Assembly: GCA_965249135.1 (NCBI GenBank)
Contig: OZ252220.1
Location: 1,120,001-1,184,000 of the forward strand
From: Alphaproteobacteria bacterium
Lineage (GTDB): Bacteria; Pseudomonadota; Alphaproteobacteria; GCA-2746255
Reading direction: 5' to 3'
Length of the DNA stretch: 64,000 nucleotides
Shown: piece after piece, positions 25,887-36,605 of the stretch
How the letters are laid out: every line of letters begins with the position of its first letter
How positions within the stretch are numbered: the first letter of the stretch is position 1
The notes under the pieces: model-generated
Seen by the model: the letters and a program-made list of their open reading frames with translations, nothing else
The model's database searches: none
What the model was told of the DNA's origin: nothing
Translations under genes and position numbers: made by a program

Positions 25887-25902
25887 GTTAACAGTTCGTT
25901 AT
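25887..25902 (-). promoter_or_regulatory. Possible CtrA box upstream of the DUF2336 gene
   Basis: - strand ATAA-N7-TTAAC, one mismatch to TTAA-N7-TTAAC. Confidence 0.35.
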
Positions 25903-26023
25903 ACGCAGGGGTTGCCGGGCCTTCGATTCCCGGCCCGATCGGGGCTTAAGTGCGCCCGCTTGCCGGGTGCGGGCCGGAAACCTATGCTTGGGCTGGGGCT
26001 TTAAGTGGAGAAGGAGGCGGGCG

Positions 26024-26209
26024 TTGGCGGAAGACGGACCGGGAGGCGAGGAGGAGCTTCCCGACATTCTCTATAAGTGCAAGCACTGCACCTACCGCTA
26101 CCCCCTGCAGCAGACGCCGCGCAAGGAAGGGAAGCTGGTCTGTCCCCATTGCGACGAGCCCTTCGAGCTGGACGCGGAGACCCTGGCCGATCTCGCGACC
26201 GGGTACTAG
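26024..26209 (+). CDS. Small Zn-ribbon protein
   Basis: AAGGAGG SD, TTG start, CKHC and CPHC. Confidence 0.6.
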   Translation: MAEDGPGGEEELPDILYKCKHCTYRYPLQQTPRKEGKLVCPHCDEPFELDAETLADLATGY

Positions 26210-26397
26210 GAAAAAACCGGGCATGGGCAGCGTTTGAGCGAAAGCACATAAATTTCAACGGCCTGCCCCGCAACGGGGCGGAAAAACCCTAAACAGTTTA
26301 GCGTTATCCTGGTCCTGGCAGCCCCCATATACTAAGGGCGTCCAGGGAGTGCGGTTGGGTTGCGTAGGCTTTTGAAAGCCAAGGCGCAAGGCGTCGG

Positions 26398-26426
26398 TTG
26401 ACAGGCTAGCCACCGGCTTTTAATTT
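26398..26426 (+). promoter_or_regulatory. Sigma70-like promoter of the aor operon
   Basis: TTGACA-17-TAATTT, 60 nt before the ATG. Confidence 0.5.
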
Positions 26427-26486
26427 CCTAGCGAGAACAAAGCATTCGCCTAGAAAAACGGCGGAAGCGTAAGGGGGAAGACCAGA

Positions 26487-26990
26487 ATGCAGAAATCCCT
26501 AAACATCGACCCCAACAAGTGTACGGGCTGTCTTCAATGTGAAATGGCCTGTGCGTTCGAGCTAGAGGGATCGTTCAACCCCGCCCATTCCCGGATCAAG
26601 ATTTTCCATTTCGAAGAGCAAGGACGTTTCGTCCCATACACCTGCACGCAATGCGCGGAAGCCTGGTGCCTGCATGCCTGCCCGGTCGATGCGATCAAGA
26701 TGAACGCGGAGACGGGCGCAAAAGTGGTGGACGAAGGAGCTTGCGTCGGCTGCAAGGTTTGCACGATCGCCTGCCCCTTCGGCACGGTGAACTACAACCA
26801 GGCGAGCGGCAAAGTCATCAAGTGTGATCTTTGCGGCGGCGATCCGGCCTGCGCGAAGGCCTGCCCGACGGAAGCGATCACCTATGTGGATGCGAACTGG
26901 ACGGGGTTGGATAAGATGCGGGAATGGGCCGCCAAGACGGACACCGGCCAGGCCGCGGCAGCACTGCCGTCGGCGCCTGCCGGGCACTGA
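26487..26990 (+). CDS. aorA: 4Fe-4S ferredoxin subunit of aldehyde oxidoreductase
   Basis: Four CxxC-containing Fe-S cluster motifs; precedes the AOR gene. Confidence 0.85.
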   Translation: MQKSLNIDPNKCTGCLQCEMACAFELEGSFNPAHSRIKIFHFEEQGRFVPYTCTQCAEAWCLHACPVDAIKMNAETGAKVVDEGACVGCKVCTIACPFGTVNYNQASGKVIKCDLCGGDPACAKACPTEAITYVDANWTGLDKMREWAAKTDTGQAAAALPSAPAGH

Positions 26991-27008
26991 ACATCGGGAG
27001 ATAGCACC

Positions 27009-28853
27009 ATGACTTGGCATCGGAAGATTTTGCGGGTCAATCTGACGAAAGGGACCTGTGAGCCGGAGTCCCTCAACATGGAGTGGGCGCAACTCTATCT
27101 CGGCTCGCGTGGCCTTGCCTCGAAATACCTCTTTGAGGAGATCGACCCCAAGGTCGATCCACTCTCGCCCGACAACAAGCTTATCTTCGCCACCGGTCCA
27201 CTTACCGGAACCAGCGCGTCGACGTCCGGCCGCTACACGGTCACCACGAAGGGGGCGCTGACGGGCGCCATCGCGTGTTCGAATTCCGGCGGCTTCTTCG
27301 GCGCCGAGCTCAAATTCGCGGGCTATGACATGGTGATCCTCGAAGGCCGGGCGAAGGAACCCGTCTATCTCTTCATCAGCGACAACGATGTACAGATCCT
27401 GCCGGCCGACAAGCTGTGGGGCAGCAGCGTCTGGGAGACGGAGGAGTGGATCAAGAAGACCCATCAGGATCCCCTGATCCGCATCGCCGCGATCGGCGTC
27501 GCCGGCGAGACCGGCGCGAAATTCGCCGCCATCATAAACGATTTGCACCGGGCCGCCGGCCGCTCCGGCGTCGGCACGGTGATGGGCTCGAAGAACCTGA
27601 AGGCGATCGCCTGCCGCGGCACGACGGGGGTCACCGTCGAGAATCCCCGCGAGTTCATGCAGATCGCGCAAGCCACGAAGCAGGCCCTAAAGGAAGGCGC
27701 GTTCACGGGCGGCCTCACCCGGTACGGCACCCAAGGGGTGACCAGCGTCATCAACGAAATGGGCATTTACCCGACCAACAACCATCAGAAGGTCCAGTTC
27801 GAAGGCGCCCTCAAGATCGGCAGCGAGGCGATGGAAGGGGTCCGGGAGTCGGACGGCAAGACGAACCTGCTCCGCAATTCCGCCTGCTTCGGTTGCACGA
27901 TGGCCTGTGGCCGGGTCAGCGTGATCGACCCGAGCCATTTCTCCATCAAGGACAAGCCGCGCTACCACGGCGCTTCCGGCGGCCTTGAATACGAGTCGTC
28001 CTGGGCGATGGGAGGCGATTGCGGCGTCGATGACCTCGAGGCACTGACCTTTGCAAACTTCGTCTGCAACGAGCAAGGGATGGACACGATCTCGTTCGGC
28101 GCCTCGGTGGCGGCGGCGATGGAACTCTATGAGCGGGGCTACATCACCGACAAGGATACCGGCGGGTTGAAGCTCAACTTCGGGTCGGCGTCGGCGCTTG
28201 TCGAAGCCGTCGAACTGACCGGCAAGGGCGAAGGCTTCGGCAAGGATATCGGCCTTGGCTCGAAGCTTCTCTGCGAGAAGTATGGCCATCCCGAGGTCGC
28301 CATGGTCGTCAAGGGTCAGGAATTTGCGGCCTACGATCCGCGCGGCGCGCAAGGCATGTCGCTTGCTTATGCGACCAGCAACCGTGGCGCTTGCCACCTT
28401 CGGGGCTACACGATCTCCGTCGAGGTCTTCGGCGTCGGCCAGAAGCTCGACCCGATAGCGACGGAGGGCAAGGCAGAGCTCACGAAGCTTACCCAGGACG
28501 CAACCTCGGTCATCGATTCGACCGGTCTTTGCATGTTCCCGGGCTTCGCCTGGACGCTTGATGAGTATCAGCAACTCGTCCAAGCCGACTGCGAGGGCGA
28601 CTGGACGATGGAGAAGATGATGGAGGTCGGCGAGCGCATCTGGAACCTGGAGCGTCTATTCAACAACAAGGCGGGCCTGACGAAGGCCGATGACACGCTG
28701 CCGAAGCGGCTTCTCGAGACGCCGGCCGAGACCGGCCTGGGCAAGGGCCAAGTGGCGAAACTCGGCGAGATGCTTCCGGAATACTACGAACTGCGCGGCT
28801 GGACGCCGGATGGGCAGCCGTCGAACGACACGATCAAACGACTCAGCATTTAA
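27009..28853 (+). CDS. aorB: Tungsten-dependent aldehyde:ferredoxin oxidoreductase
   Basis: ILRVNLT, GRSGVGTVMGSKNLKAI, CFGCTMAC, EYE, GMDTIS, RGACH, YYELRGW. Confidence 0.92.
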   Translation: MTWHRKILRVNLTKGTCEPESLNMEWAQLYLGSRGLASKYLFEEIDPKVDPLSPDNKLIFATGPLTGTSASTSGRYTVTTKGALTGAIACSNSGGFFGAELKFAGYDMVILEGRAKEPVYLFISDNDVQILPADKLWGSSVWETEEWIKKTHQDPLIRIAAIGVAGETGAKFAAIINDLHRAAGRSGVGTVMGSKNLKAIACRGTTGVTVENPREFMQIAQATKQALKEGAFTGGLTRYGTQGVTSVINEMGIYPTNNHQKVQFEGALKIGSEAMEGVRESDGKTNLLRNSACFGCTMACGRVSVIDPSHFSIKDKPRYHGASGGLEYESSWAMGGDCGVDDLEALTFANFVCNEQGMDTISFGASVAAAMELYERGYITDKDTGGLKLNFGSASALVEAVELTGKGEGFGKDIGLGSKLLCEKYGHPEVAMVVKGQEFAAYDPRGAQGMSLAYATSNRGACHLRGYTISVEVFGVGQKLDPIATEGKAELTKLTQDATSVIDSTGLCMFPGFAWTLDEYQQLVQADCEGDWTMEKMMEVGERIWNLERLFNNKAGLTKADDTLPKRLLETPAETGLGKGQVAKLGEMLPEYYELRGWTPDGQPSNDTIKRLSI

Positions 28854-28883
28854 GTCGTTTCAAGGTGGGTGGTTCACCAAAAC

Positions 28884-28923
28884 ATCGGGGAAGGCGCGAA
28901 TCCGCGCCTTCCCCGATTCTTTT
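28884..28923 (+). terminator. Strong hairpin between aorB and aorC
   Basis: 15-bp stem ATCGGGGAAGGCGCG/CGCGCCTTCCCCGAT followed by TCTTTT. Confidence 0.75.
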
Positions 28924-28957
28924 CCGGCGCCGACGCCGTTAAGGGGGGAAGAGGCAA

Positions 28958-30211
28958 ATGAAACACGTCATCGTTGGTGCCGGCCCGGCCGGCGTCGTGG
29001 CTACGGGAATCCTACGCAAGCTCAGAGCGCAAGACGAAATCCTGTTGATCGGTGGCGAGCCCGAGCCCCCCTACTCGCGGATGGCGATCCCCTACTATTT
29101 GATCGGCAACATCAAGGAAGAAGGCACCTATTTGAAGACGGACGCCACGCACTACCAGCAAAACCGGATCGACTATCAACAGGCATGGGTCACGAAGATC
29201 GACGTGAACAAAAAGGAGCTTCAGCTGAAGGGCGGCAAGACGGTTGGGTACGATAAGCTGCTGCTGGCAACCGGCGCCACGCCGATCCGCCCGCCGATCC
29301 CCGGCATCGAGGACCCGGACATCACCGGTTGCTGGACGTTGGAAGACGCGCGCCTCATCTCCAAAAGATGCAAGAAGGGGGCGAAGGTCCTGCAGATGGG
29401 TGCCGGCTTCATCGGCTGCATCATCATGGAGGCGATCGCCGAGACCGGCGTCGAGCTTACGATCGTCGAGATGGGCGACCGCATGGTCCCGCGCATGATG
29501 AACGAAACCTGCGGCAATTTGATCAAATGCTGGTGCGAGAAGAAGGGAATCACGGTCCACACCTCGACCCAGGTGGTCGAGATCGAGAAGCAAAAGGATA
29601 AGAAGCCGCCCTACCTCGTTCGTACGAAAGACGGCCAGGAACTGGAGGCGGACCTGATCATCGCCTCGACCGGCGTGGCGCCGGCCCTCGACTACCTCGA
29701 AGGCAGCGGCATTGAAGCGGCCGGCGGTATCCTGATCAACGAACACATGGAGACCAACGTGCCCGACATCTATGCGGCCGGCGACAGCGCGAAGGGGCGC
29801 GACTTCTCGACCGGCAGCTACGAAGTCCAGGCCATCCAGACGACGGCCACCGAGCATGGCCGCATCGCCGCCCAGAACATGGCCGGTGTGGCGACCCCGC
29901 ATCCGGGTTCGCTGAACATGAACGTGCTGGATACGGTGGGGCTGATCTCGAGTTCCCTCGGCCAGTGGATGGGCGTCGAGGGCGGCGATCACGCCGAGCT
30001 CCTGGACGCGGAGAATTTTCGCTACCTGCGTCTCGAATTCAAGGACGACGTGCTGATCGGTGCGCAGGCGCTGGGCCTTACCCAGCATGTCGGCGTGCTC
30101 AGGGGGCTTATCCAGACGGAAACCCCGCTCGGGCCCTGGAAGGAGAAGCTGATCGCCGACCCGACGCAGATCATGTCGGCCTATCTGGCGACGGCGCAGG
30201 CGCAGTCATGA
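28958..30211 (+). CDS. aorC: FAD/NAD(P)-dependent oxidoreductase subunit
   Basis: GAGPAG, LLLATGA, GAGFIG, IYAAGD motifs. Confidence 0.85.
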   Translation: MKHVIVGAGPAGVVATGILRKLRAQDEILLIGGEPEPPYSRMAIPYYLIGNIKEEGTYLKTDATHYQQNRIDYQQAWVTKIDVNKKELQLKGGKTVGYDKLLLATGATPIRPPIPGIEDPDITGCWTLEDARLISKRCKKGAKVLQMGAGFIGCIIMEAIAETGVELTIVEMGDRMVPRMMNETCGNLIKCWCEKKGITVHTSTQVVEIEKQKDKKPPYLVRTKDGQELEADLIIASTGVAPALDYLEGSGIEAAGGILINEHMETNVPDIYAAGDSAKGRDFSTGSYEVQAIQTTATEHGRIAAQNMAGVATPHPGSLNMNVLDTVGLISSSLGQWMGVEGGDHAELLDAENFRYLRLEFKDDVLIGAQALGLTQHVGVLRGLIQTETPLGPWKEKLIADPTQIMSAYLATAQAQS

Positions 30212-30459
30212 AGATCACGCTCAAATTCTATACGACGCTGAAAGACTTTCTGCCGGACGGCGCCGAGGGCAACGAGGCGGTAATCGAAATCGAAGACGGC
30301 GCCACCATCCTAAGCGTCGTCGAGCGCCAGAACGTGCCTCAGAAAATGATTAACATGGTCCTGGTCAGCGGCGCTTACGTCGCGCCGAGCGGCCTTGCCT
30401 CACGCGCGCTTAAGGACGGCGATACGCTTTCGATGTGGCCGCCGCTGGCGGGCGGGTAA
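30208..30459 (+). CDS. MoaD/ThiS-family sulfur carrier
   Basis: 83 aa ending PPLAGG; ATGA overlap. Confidence 0.85.
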   Translation: MKITLKFYTTLKDFLPDGAEGNEAVIEIEDGATILSVVERQNVPQKMINMVLVSGAYVAPSGLASRALKDGDTLSMWPPLAGG

Positions 30460-30776
30460 TGCCAAAGACGGCGGCCGGCGAAGGCGGCATCCTCCGTCGC
30501 AGTCTTGAGCTTGGTTATTCCCACCAAGAGTTCTTGCGCACCGTCCCCAGGATCTTCGATCCGGCCCCGGTGGCGATCGAAGGGACGCGGCTCGTGGCCA
30601 ATAACGGGGAAAAGAAAGTCGTCCTCGATTTAGGTCCGGAACAAACGCGCCGGCTTGGCAAATCGCTCTCGCTTCAGAGCACGGTGATCGCGTTTGCCTT
30701 CCATGGGTATACGGAAGACGAGGTCGATGCCTTCATGAAGTATTTCCTGATCCGCACCCAGCGCGGCGGCGGCTGA
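30459..30776 (+). CDS. Conserved hypothetical protein of the aor operon
   Basis: TAATG overlap; ends QRGGG. Confidence 0.7.
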   Translation: MPKTAAGEGGILRRSLELGYSHQEFLRTVPRIFDPAPVAIEGTRLVANNGEKKVVLDLGPEQTRRLGKSLSLQSTVIAFAFHGYTEDEVDAFMKYFLIRTQRGGG

Positions 30777-30797
30777 TTTTTTCGGAAAAAAGAGGCG

Positions 30798-31787
30798 TTA
30801 GCCGCCGGTGACGCTCATGTAGCGGCGAAGGACGGGCGGGGCGTTGCGGCGTTCGATCACGAAGTCGTGGCCTTCGGGCTTGCGTGCGATCGCCTCATGG
30901 ATCGCATCGATCAAGGGCCCATCGCTTTCGCTCATCCGAACTGGCGTCTTGAGATCGGCCTGATCCTCTTGGCCTAGGCACATGTAAAGCCGGCCGGTGC
31001 AGGTCAGCCGCACCCGGTTGCAGGATTCACAGAAATTGTGGGAAAGCGGCGTGATGAAGCCGATCCGGCCGCCGGTTTCTTCGACCTCCACGTAGCGGGC
31101 GGGCCCGCCGCTTCGGTGCTGGCTCGCACGAAGCGTCCAGCGTTCCTCGAGCCGGCGGCGGACTTCTTTTAAGGACAGGTACTGGTCCATCCGATCCTCG
31201 TCGATCTCCCCCATCGGCATCGTTTCGATGAGCGTCCAGTCGAACCCTTCCGTCCCGCACCAGGCAAGCAGGGAATCGAATTCATCTTCGTTGACGCCCT
31301 TGAGGGCGACGGTGTTGATCTTCACGTGAAGTCCTGCTTCTTGTGCCGCGCGGATTCCCTCGAGCACGGTCTCAACCTTGCCCCAGCGCGTGATCGCGCG
31401 GAAGCGACCGGGATCCAGCGTGTCGAGTGAGACGTTGACGCGACGAACGCCGGCGTCATAAAGCGCGCCTGCATGTTTCGCAAGACGGTTGCCGTTCGTC
31501 GTCAGCGTGAGCTCGTCAAGCACGCCTGCCTTTAAATGACGGCCCAGGCTTTGAAAGAGCGTCAGGATATCGCGGCGCACGAGCGGCTCGCCGCCGGTGA
31601 TGCGGATCTTCCGGACACCTTGGGAAATGAAGGCGCTGCAGACGCGCTCAAGCTCTTCCAGCGTCAACAGCTCGCGCTTCGGCAGGAAGCTCATGTCTTC
31701 CGACATGCAGTAGACACAGCGAAGGTCGCAGCGATCCGTGACGGAGACCCGCAAGTAGGTGACCTCGCGTCCGAAGGGATCGATCAT
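30798..31787 (-). CDS. moaA: GTP 3',8-cyclase
   Basis: [28 protein letters not shown]-terminal MSVTGG. Confidence 0.97.
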   Translation of the reverse strand: MIDPFGREVTYLRVSVTDRCDLRCVYCMSEDMSFLPKRELLTLEELERVCSAFISQGVRKIRITGGEPLVRRDILTLFQSLGRHLKAGVLDELTLTTNGNRLAKHAGALYDAGVRRVNVSLDTLDPGRFRAITRWGKVETVLEGIRAAQEAGLHVKINTVALKGVNEDEFDSLLAWCGTEGFDWTLIETMPMGEIDEDRMDQYLSLKEVRRRLEERWTLRASQHRSGGPARYVEVEETGGRIGFITPLSHNFCESCNRVRLTCTGRLYMCLGQEDQADLKTPVRMSESDGPLIDAIHEAIARKPEGHDFVIERRNAPPVLRRYMSVTGG

Positions 31788-31874
31788 GGCTAGCTCGCTC
31801 CTTCCTCCTGGGCCTCCCGAGCCCTGTACCCCTTTAAAGAGATGGGGAATGGGCAGCTTTTTGACCAGTGAAGC

Positions 31875-32594
31875 TTACCATGTGAGCCGGCCCTCGATAA
31901 AGGCCGCGGCCTCCGGGCTTTCCGGGCCGGCGAAGAAGCGATCCGCCGGGTTCCGCTCGACCAGCCGGCCTTCGCAAAGGAAGAGGATTTCCTGGCCCAA
32001 GCGGCGCGCCTGACCAAGGTCGTGGGTCGTCATGATGATCTTCGTGCCGCTCGATTGGATCTCGAGGATGACGTCTTCGACGGCCCGGGTCGCCGCCGGA
32101 TCGAGATTGGCGGTCGGCTCGTCCAGGAACAGGACCTGGGGGGCGAGCGCCCAGGCCCGGGCCAGGGCGAGGCGTTGCTGTTCGCCGCCGGAAAGCACGC
32201 GGGCCGGCACCCGTGCCTTGGCGGTCAAGCCCGTTCTGGCCAGCATCTCGCCCGTGCGCAGCCGGCGCAGCCTTCGGCCAACGCCGCGGATGGCCAGCGC
32301 GTAAGCGACGTTCGCGGCCGCCGAGCGGCGCAGCATGACGGGACGTTGAAAGACCATCGCCTGGTCGCGGATCGCCGCCCCTGCCGTGCACCCGCGCCAT
32401 TCGACCCGGCCATGGCTCGGCGCAAGAAGGCCGTGACAGAGTCGCAGCAGCAGGCTCTTGCCGGCGCCGTTGGGTCCCAAGATCACCGTGCGAAGGCCGG
32501 CCTCAATCTCGGCGGTGATTCCACGAAGAAGCCGGCGCTCGCCCACCTCATAAACCAGGTCCTCAAGCACGAGCGGAAAGATCGAGCTCTTCAC
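31875..32594 (-). CDS. tupC: Tungstate ABC transporter ATPase
   Basis: GPNGAGKS, LSGGE, LDEPT; follows tupB. Confidence 0.8.
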   Translation of the reverse strand: MKSSIFPLVLEDLVYEVGERRLLRGITAEIEAGLRTVILGPNGAGKSLLLRLCHGLLAPSHGRVEWRGCTAGAAIRDQAMVFQRPVMLRRSAAANVAYALAIRGVGRRLRRLRTGEMLARTGLTAKARVPARVLSGGEQQRLALARAWALAPQVLFLDEPTANLDPAATRAVEDVILEIQSSGTKIIMTTHDLGQARRLGQEILFLCEGRLVERNPADRFFAGPESPEAAAFIEGRLTW

Positions 32595-33298
32595 GCGATG
32601 TTCCTCCGGGCGGCTGCGTCGCCGACCATGTAAACCGCGCCATTAATCAGCAAGGAAAGAATGAGCAGGATGATGCCGAGCCCAAGCGCCAGCGTGAGAT
32701 TTCCCTTGCTGGTCTCCAACGCAATCGTCGTCGTCATGACGCGGGTGACGTGGTTGATGTTGCCACCGACGATCATCACCGCGCCCACTTCGGCCGTTGC
32801 GCGTCCGAAGCCCGCCAGCGCGACCGTCAGCACCCGAAAGCGGCCGTCCCAAAGCAGCGTGCCGATGGCGCGCCCACGCGAAACGCCCAGCGAAAGCAAA
32901 AGTTCGCCATACTCTTCCCAGAGATCGACGATCACCTGGCGCGTCAGTGCCGCGATGATCGGCGCAATCAGCAGGACCTGGGCGATGATCATCGCGCTCG
33001 GCGTGAACAAAAGCCCGAGCACGCCGAGCGGGCCGGCGCGGGAAATCAAGAGATAGACGACGAGGCCGACGACGACCGGCGGCAGGCCCATCATCGCGTT
33101 CAGCAGCACGGCGAGGATGCTTGAGCCCGGAAAGCGAAACAGCGCTACGGCGGCACCCAGCGGCAGCGCGATCAGGGCGGCGATGGTGACCGCGGTCAGG
33201 CTTACCTGCATGGAAAGGGCCACGATCTCGACGAGGTCGGGATCGAGCCTGCCGATCCTTTCGAAGGCAAGGGCAAAGGCGGTCGAAAAGTCGTTCAA
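32591..33298 (-). CDS. tupB: Tungstate ABC transporter permease
   Basis: MGLPPVVVGL, EVGAVMIVGGNI..TRVMTT.I.LET.KG; AGGAGG SD before TTG. Confidence 0.85.
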   Translation of the reverse strand: MNDFSTAFALAFERIGRLDPDLVEIVALSMQVSLTAVTIAALIALPLGAAVALFRFPGSSILAVLLNAMMGLPPVVVGLVVYLLISRAGPLGVLGLLFTPSAMIIAQVLLIAPIIAALTRQVIVDLWEEYGELLLSLGVSRGRAIGTLLWDGRFRVLTVALAGFGRATAEVGAVMIVGGNINHVTRVMTTTIALETSKGNLTLALGLGIILLILSLLINGAVYMVGDAAARRNIA

Positions 33299-33436
33299 GG
33301 GGCCTCCTTTAAGGCGATGGGCAGGCGAGGAGCAGACGATGGGCCGAGAAAAACCTACTGTGCTTTCCGGCGCGTGGAAAGGGCTCACGCTTTGCCGGAC
33401 GGTGACGAAGGGCGGGCACTTCGCTACAAGGAGGGC

Positions 33437-34039
33437 ATGCTCCGAATCGATGCGCTTCACACGCCGAGCCTTGCCCCGATCGATGCGGAAATCGGCGGTG
33501 GCGAATGCGTCGCCGTCATGGGGCCCAGCGGGGCGGGCAAGACGCTTTTTTTGAGGGCGATCGCCGATCTCGATCCGAACGAGGGAAGCGTCACCTTGTT
33601 CGACGCGGAACGGGAAAAATTTCCGGCCCCGAAATGGCGGCGGATGGTGACCTATCTCGCTTCCGAATCCGGCTGGTGGGCAGAAAGCGTCGGCGAACAT
33701 TTCCCGCAAAGCGATGCTGCAAGAGAGGCCTTAAGCCAACTCGGCCTGCCCGCGGACGCGCTCGAATGGACCGTCGCCAGGCTTTCCACCGGCGAACGCC
33801 AGCGTCTGGCGCTGGCGCGCGTCCTTCTATTAAGGCCCGCCGTCCTGCTTCTGGACGAGCCGACGTCCGGGCTGGATGAGACGAGCATCGCGGAAGTCGA
33901 GAAGGTGCTGAAGGCGCGCTTGGCCCAAGGGGTCTCGATCCTGTTCGTCACCCACGACGTTCGGCAAGCCAGGCACTTGGCGAAACGGTGTTTCCATTTC
34001 AAGCAGGGCCGTCTCGAAAGCGAGGAAGCATGGACGTGA
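33437..34039 (+). CDS. ABC transporter ATPase (FetA/YbbL-like)
   Basis: GPSGAGKT, LSTGE, LDEPT; AGGAGG SD. Confidence 0.8.
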   Translation: MLRIDALHTPSLAPIDAEIGGGECVAVMGPSGAGKTLFLRAIADLDPNEGSVTLFDAEREKFPAPKWRRMVTYLASESGWWAESVGEHFPQSDAAREALSQLGLPADALEWTVARLSTGERQRLALARVLLLRPAVLLLDEPTSGLDETSIAEVEKVLKARLAQGVSILFVTHDVRQARHLAKRCFHFKQGRLESEEAWT

Positions 34040-34836
34040 ACGTGATCGCGTTAAGCTATGGCGATCTGGCGCTCGCCTCGCTACTCGTTCTCTTAAACGC
34101 CGGGCTTTCCCTTGGCTTACGTTTGCGCCTCGAAGGCCAGCTCTTGATCGCGGCTGCGCGCATGGTCGTCCAGCTTTTCCTGGTCGGCCTCGTGCTGAAG
34201 GCATTGTTCACGGTCGTCTCGCCTTATCTAACCGGCCTCGTCGCCCTTCTGATGGTATTGTTCGCCGGGCGCGAGATCCTGGCCCGCCAGGAGAAGCGGC
34301 TCAGCGGCTGGTGGACCTATGGCCTTGGCACGACGAGCATGCTGATGGCCGCCATGATCGTCACCGTGTTTGCGCTCACCCTTCAGGTGCAGCCGGAGCC
34401 CTGGTACCACCCGCGTTACGCGATTCCGATTCTCGGCATGATCCTCGGCAACACGATGACCGGCGTCGCACTCGGCCTCAATACGCTTGGCACGATGATC
34501 GGCCGCGAGCGGCTCGCCATCGAGGCCAGGCTGGCGCTCGGCCAAGACTGGCGGGAGGCCTTCGGCGACGTCATCCGGGAGGCGATGCGAAGCGGCCTCA
34601 TCCCGATCATCAACGCGATGGCGGCGACCGGGCTGGTTTCGCTGCCGGGCATGATGACGGGCCAGATCCTGGCCGGCGCCGAGCCCATGCAGGCGATCGA
34701 GTATCAGCTGCTCATCATGTTCCTGATCGCCGGCGGCACCGGGCTCGGCGTCTTCACGGCGGTGCTGGCCGGCGCCTATCGGCTGACCGATTCCCGCCAT
34801 CGGCTGCGCCTCGACCGCCTGCACAGGGCCGATTAA
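34030..34836 (+). CDS. UPF0014 ABC permease (FetB/YbbM-like)
   Basis: R..VQL..VG, IPILGMILGN, GLVSLPGMMTGQILAG. Confidence 0.85.
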   Translation: MDVNVIALSYGDLALASLLVLLNAGLSLGLRLRLEGQLLIAAARMVVQLFLVGLVLKALFTVVSPYLTGLVALLMVLFAGREILARQEKRLSGWWTYGLGTTSMLMAAMIVTVFALTLQVQPEPWYHPRYAIPILGMILGNTMTGVALGLNTLGTMIGRERLAIEARLALGQDWREAFGDVIREAMRSGLIPIINAMAATGLVSLPGMMTGQILAGAEPMQAIEYQLLIMFLIAGGTGLGVFTAVLAGAYRLTDSRHRLRLDRLHRAD

Positions 34837-34985
34837 GGATAAATGGTCCGCATCACGCGCCGGATGGGCCGGAAATCCTCGCGCCGCGGTGGGGGCTTGC
34901 AAGCGGGGCGATTGCGGCGGAAAATGCCCGACAACGCGGTTGGGAATTTCAATCCGCCCGCAATAAATCAGGGGAGGAATTTAAG

Positions 34986-36425
34986 GTGACAACGCAACAT
35001 CGCAATTATATCAACGGCAAGTACGTCGACACGCCGGGAGTCAACATGCTTCCGGTTCTCAACCCTTCGACCGAAGAGGTCATTTCCGAAGTTCCCGACT
35101 CACCGGCGGAGATCGTGGACGAGGCGGTGGCGGCCGCGAAAGAGGCCCAGAAGAGCTGGAAAAAATTACCCGCCATCCAACGGGCGGGTTATTTGCGGCA
35201 GATATCCGCAAAGATCCGCGAGAACGTCCCGGCGCTCGCCAAGGCGCTCACGGAAGAGCAGGGCAAGGTTCAGACCCTTTCCGAGATCGAGATCGCGTTT
35301 GCCGCGGATTACATCGACTACATGGCGGAATGGGCGCGACGGATCGAGGGCGAGATCATCAATTCGGATCGCCCGAACGAAAACATTTTTCTCTTTCGCC
35401 AACCCGTCGGCGTCGTGGCCGGCATCCTGCCGTGGAATTTTCCCTTCTTCCTGATCGCGCGCAAGCTTGGTCCCGCTTTGGTGACCGGAAATTCCATCGT
35501 GCTGAAGCCGAGCACGGATACGCCGAACAACGCCGCCATGTTCGTCGATCTGCTTGACCAGACGGACATACCGAAAGGCATCGTGAACGTGGTCTATGGC
35601 AAGGGAAGCACGACCGGCAGTGCGCTTTGCGACAATCCGGACGTGGGCCTGGTGAGCTTCACCGGCTCGGTCGAGGTAGGCTCACGGATCATGGCGGCGT
35701 GCGCCAAGAACATCACCAAGGTCAATCTGGAACTGGGCGGCAAGGCGCCGGCCATCGTCATGGCCGATGCCGACATCGATAAGACGGTTACGGCCGTCAC
35801 GGCTTCGCGTGTCATCAATACCGGCCAGGCCTGCAATTGTGCCGAGCGCGTTTACGTCGATCGTCGCGTCGAGGACGAATTCATTTCCAAGTTTTCGGCC
35901 TCGATGGAAGCAACCAAGTACGGGGATCCGGGCGTGATCCGAGACCTCGACATGGGGCCGATGATCAACAAGGCGGCGCAGGAAGTGACGGACAACATGG
36001 TCAAGCGCGCGATCAAAGATGGCGCGGAACTGGTCAGCGGCGGGAGCATGTCGGACGTGAAGGGCAAGGGGTTCTTCTTTCAGCCAACCGTGCTTCGCAA
36101 TTGCGAGCAGGCTTCCGAGATCATGCAGGAAGAGGTCTTCGGGCCGGTCATGCCGATCAATACCATCGATTCGCTGGACGAGGCCATCGAACGCGCCAAC
36201 GATTCGAAGTACGGCTTGACCTCTTCGATCTATACCCAAGACATCGGGGTGGCGATGCGGGCCTGTAACGATCTCAACTTCGGCGAAACCTACATCAATC
36301 GTGAGCATTTCGAGGCGATGCAGGGCTTTCACGCCGGCGTGCGGCAATCCGGTATCGGCGGTGCGGACGGCAAGCATGGCCTCTACGAAAATACCGAGAC
36401 CCACGTCGTTTACCTGCAGAGTTGA
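34986..36425 (+). CDS. aldA: NAD-dependent aldehyde dehydrogenase A
   Basis: PWNFPFFLIARK, LELGGKAP, GQACNC, EVFGP, GETYINR..FEAMQGFHAG. Confidence 0.9.
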   Translation: MTTQHRNYINGKYVDTPGVNMLPVLNPSTEEVISEVPDSPAEIVDEAVAAAKEAQKSWKKLPAIQRAGYLRQISAKIRENVPALAKALTEEQGKVQTLSEIEIAFAADYIDYMAEWARRIEGEIINSDRPNENIFLFRQPVGVVAGILPWNFPFFLIARKLGPALVTGNSIVLKPSTDTPNNAAMFVDLLDQTDIPKGIVNVVYGKGSTTGSALCDNPDVGLVSFTGSVEVGSRIMAACAKNITKVNLELGGKAPAIVMADADIDKTVTAVTASRVINTGQACNCAERVYVDRRVEDEFISKFSASMEATKYGDPGVIRDLDMGPMINKAAQEVTDNMVKRAIKDGAELVSGGSMSDVKGKGFFFQPTVLRNCEQASEIMQEEVFGPVMPINTIDSLDEAIERANDSKYGLTSSIYTQDIGVAMRACNDLNFGETYINREHFEAMQGFHAGVRQSGIGGADGKHGLYENTETHVVYLQS

Positions 36426-36504
36426 GCGGCAAAGATGTCTAGAGGGTGCCCGCCTGGGCACCCTCGCCGCCAAGGCGGAGCGCGTGGCGCAAGCAAGGGG
36501 CCAC

Positions 36505-36578
36505 GCGGGTGTAGCTCAATGGTAGAGTTCCTGCTTCCCAAGCAGGTGACGAGGGTTCGATTCCCTTCACCCGCTCCA
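36505..36578 (+). tRNA. tRNA-Gly(CCC)
   Basis: Cloverleaf GCGGGTG...CACCCGC-TCCA; anticodon arm CCTGC-TTCCCAA-GCAGG. Confidence 0.96.
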
Positions 36579-36605
36579 CGGCCGTCACTGAGCTTCGGAA
36601 AAAGC

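Noticed and set aside
36435-36605. N-terminal extension of tupA through the tRNA
   Set aside because: Spans tRNA-Gly; the signal peptide starts at ATG 36606
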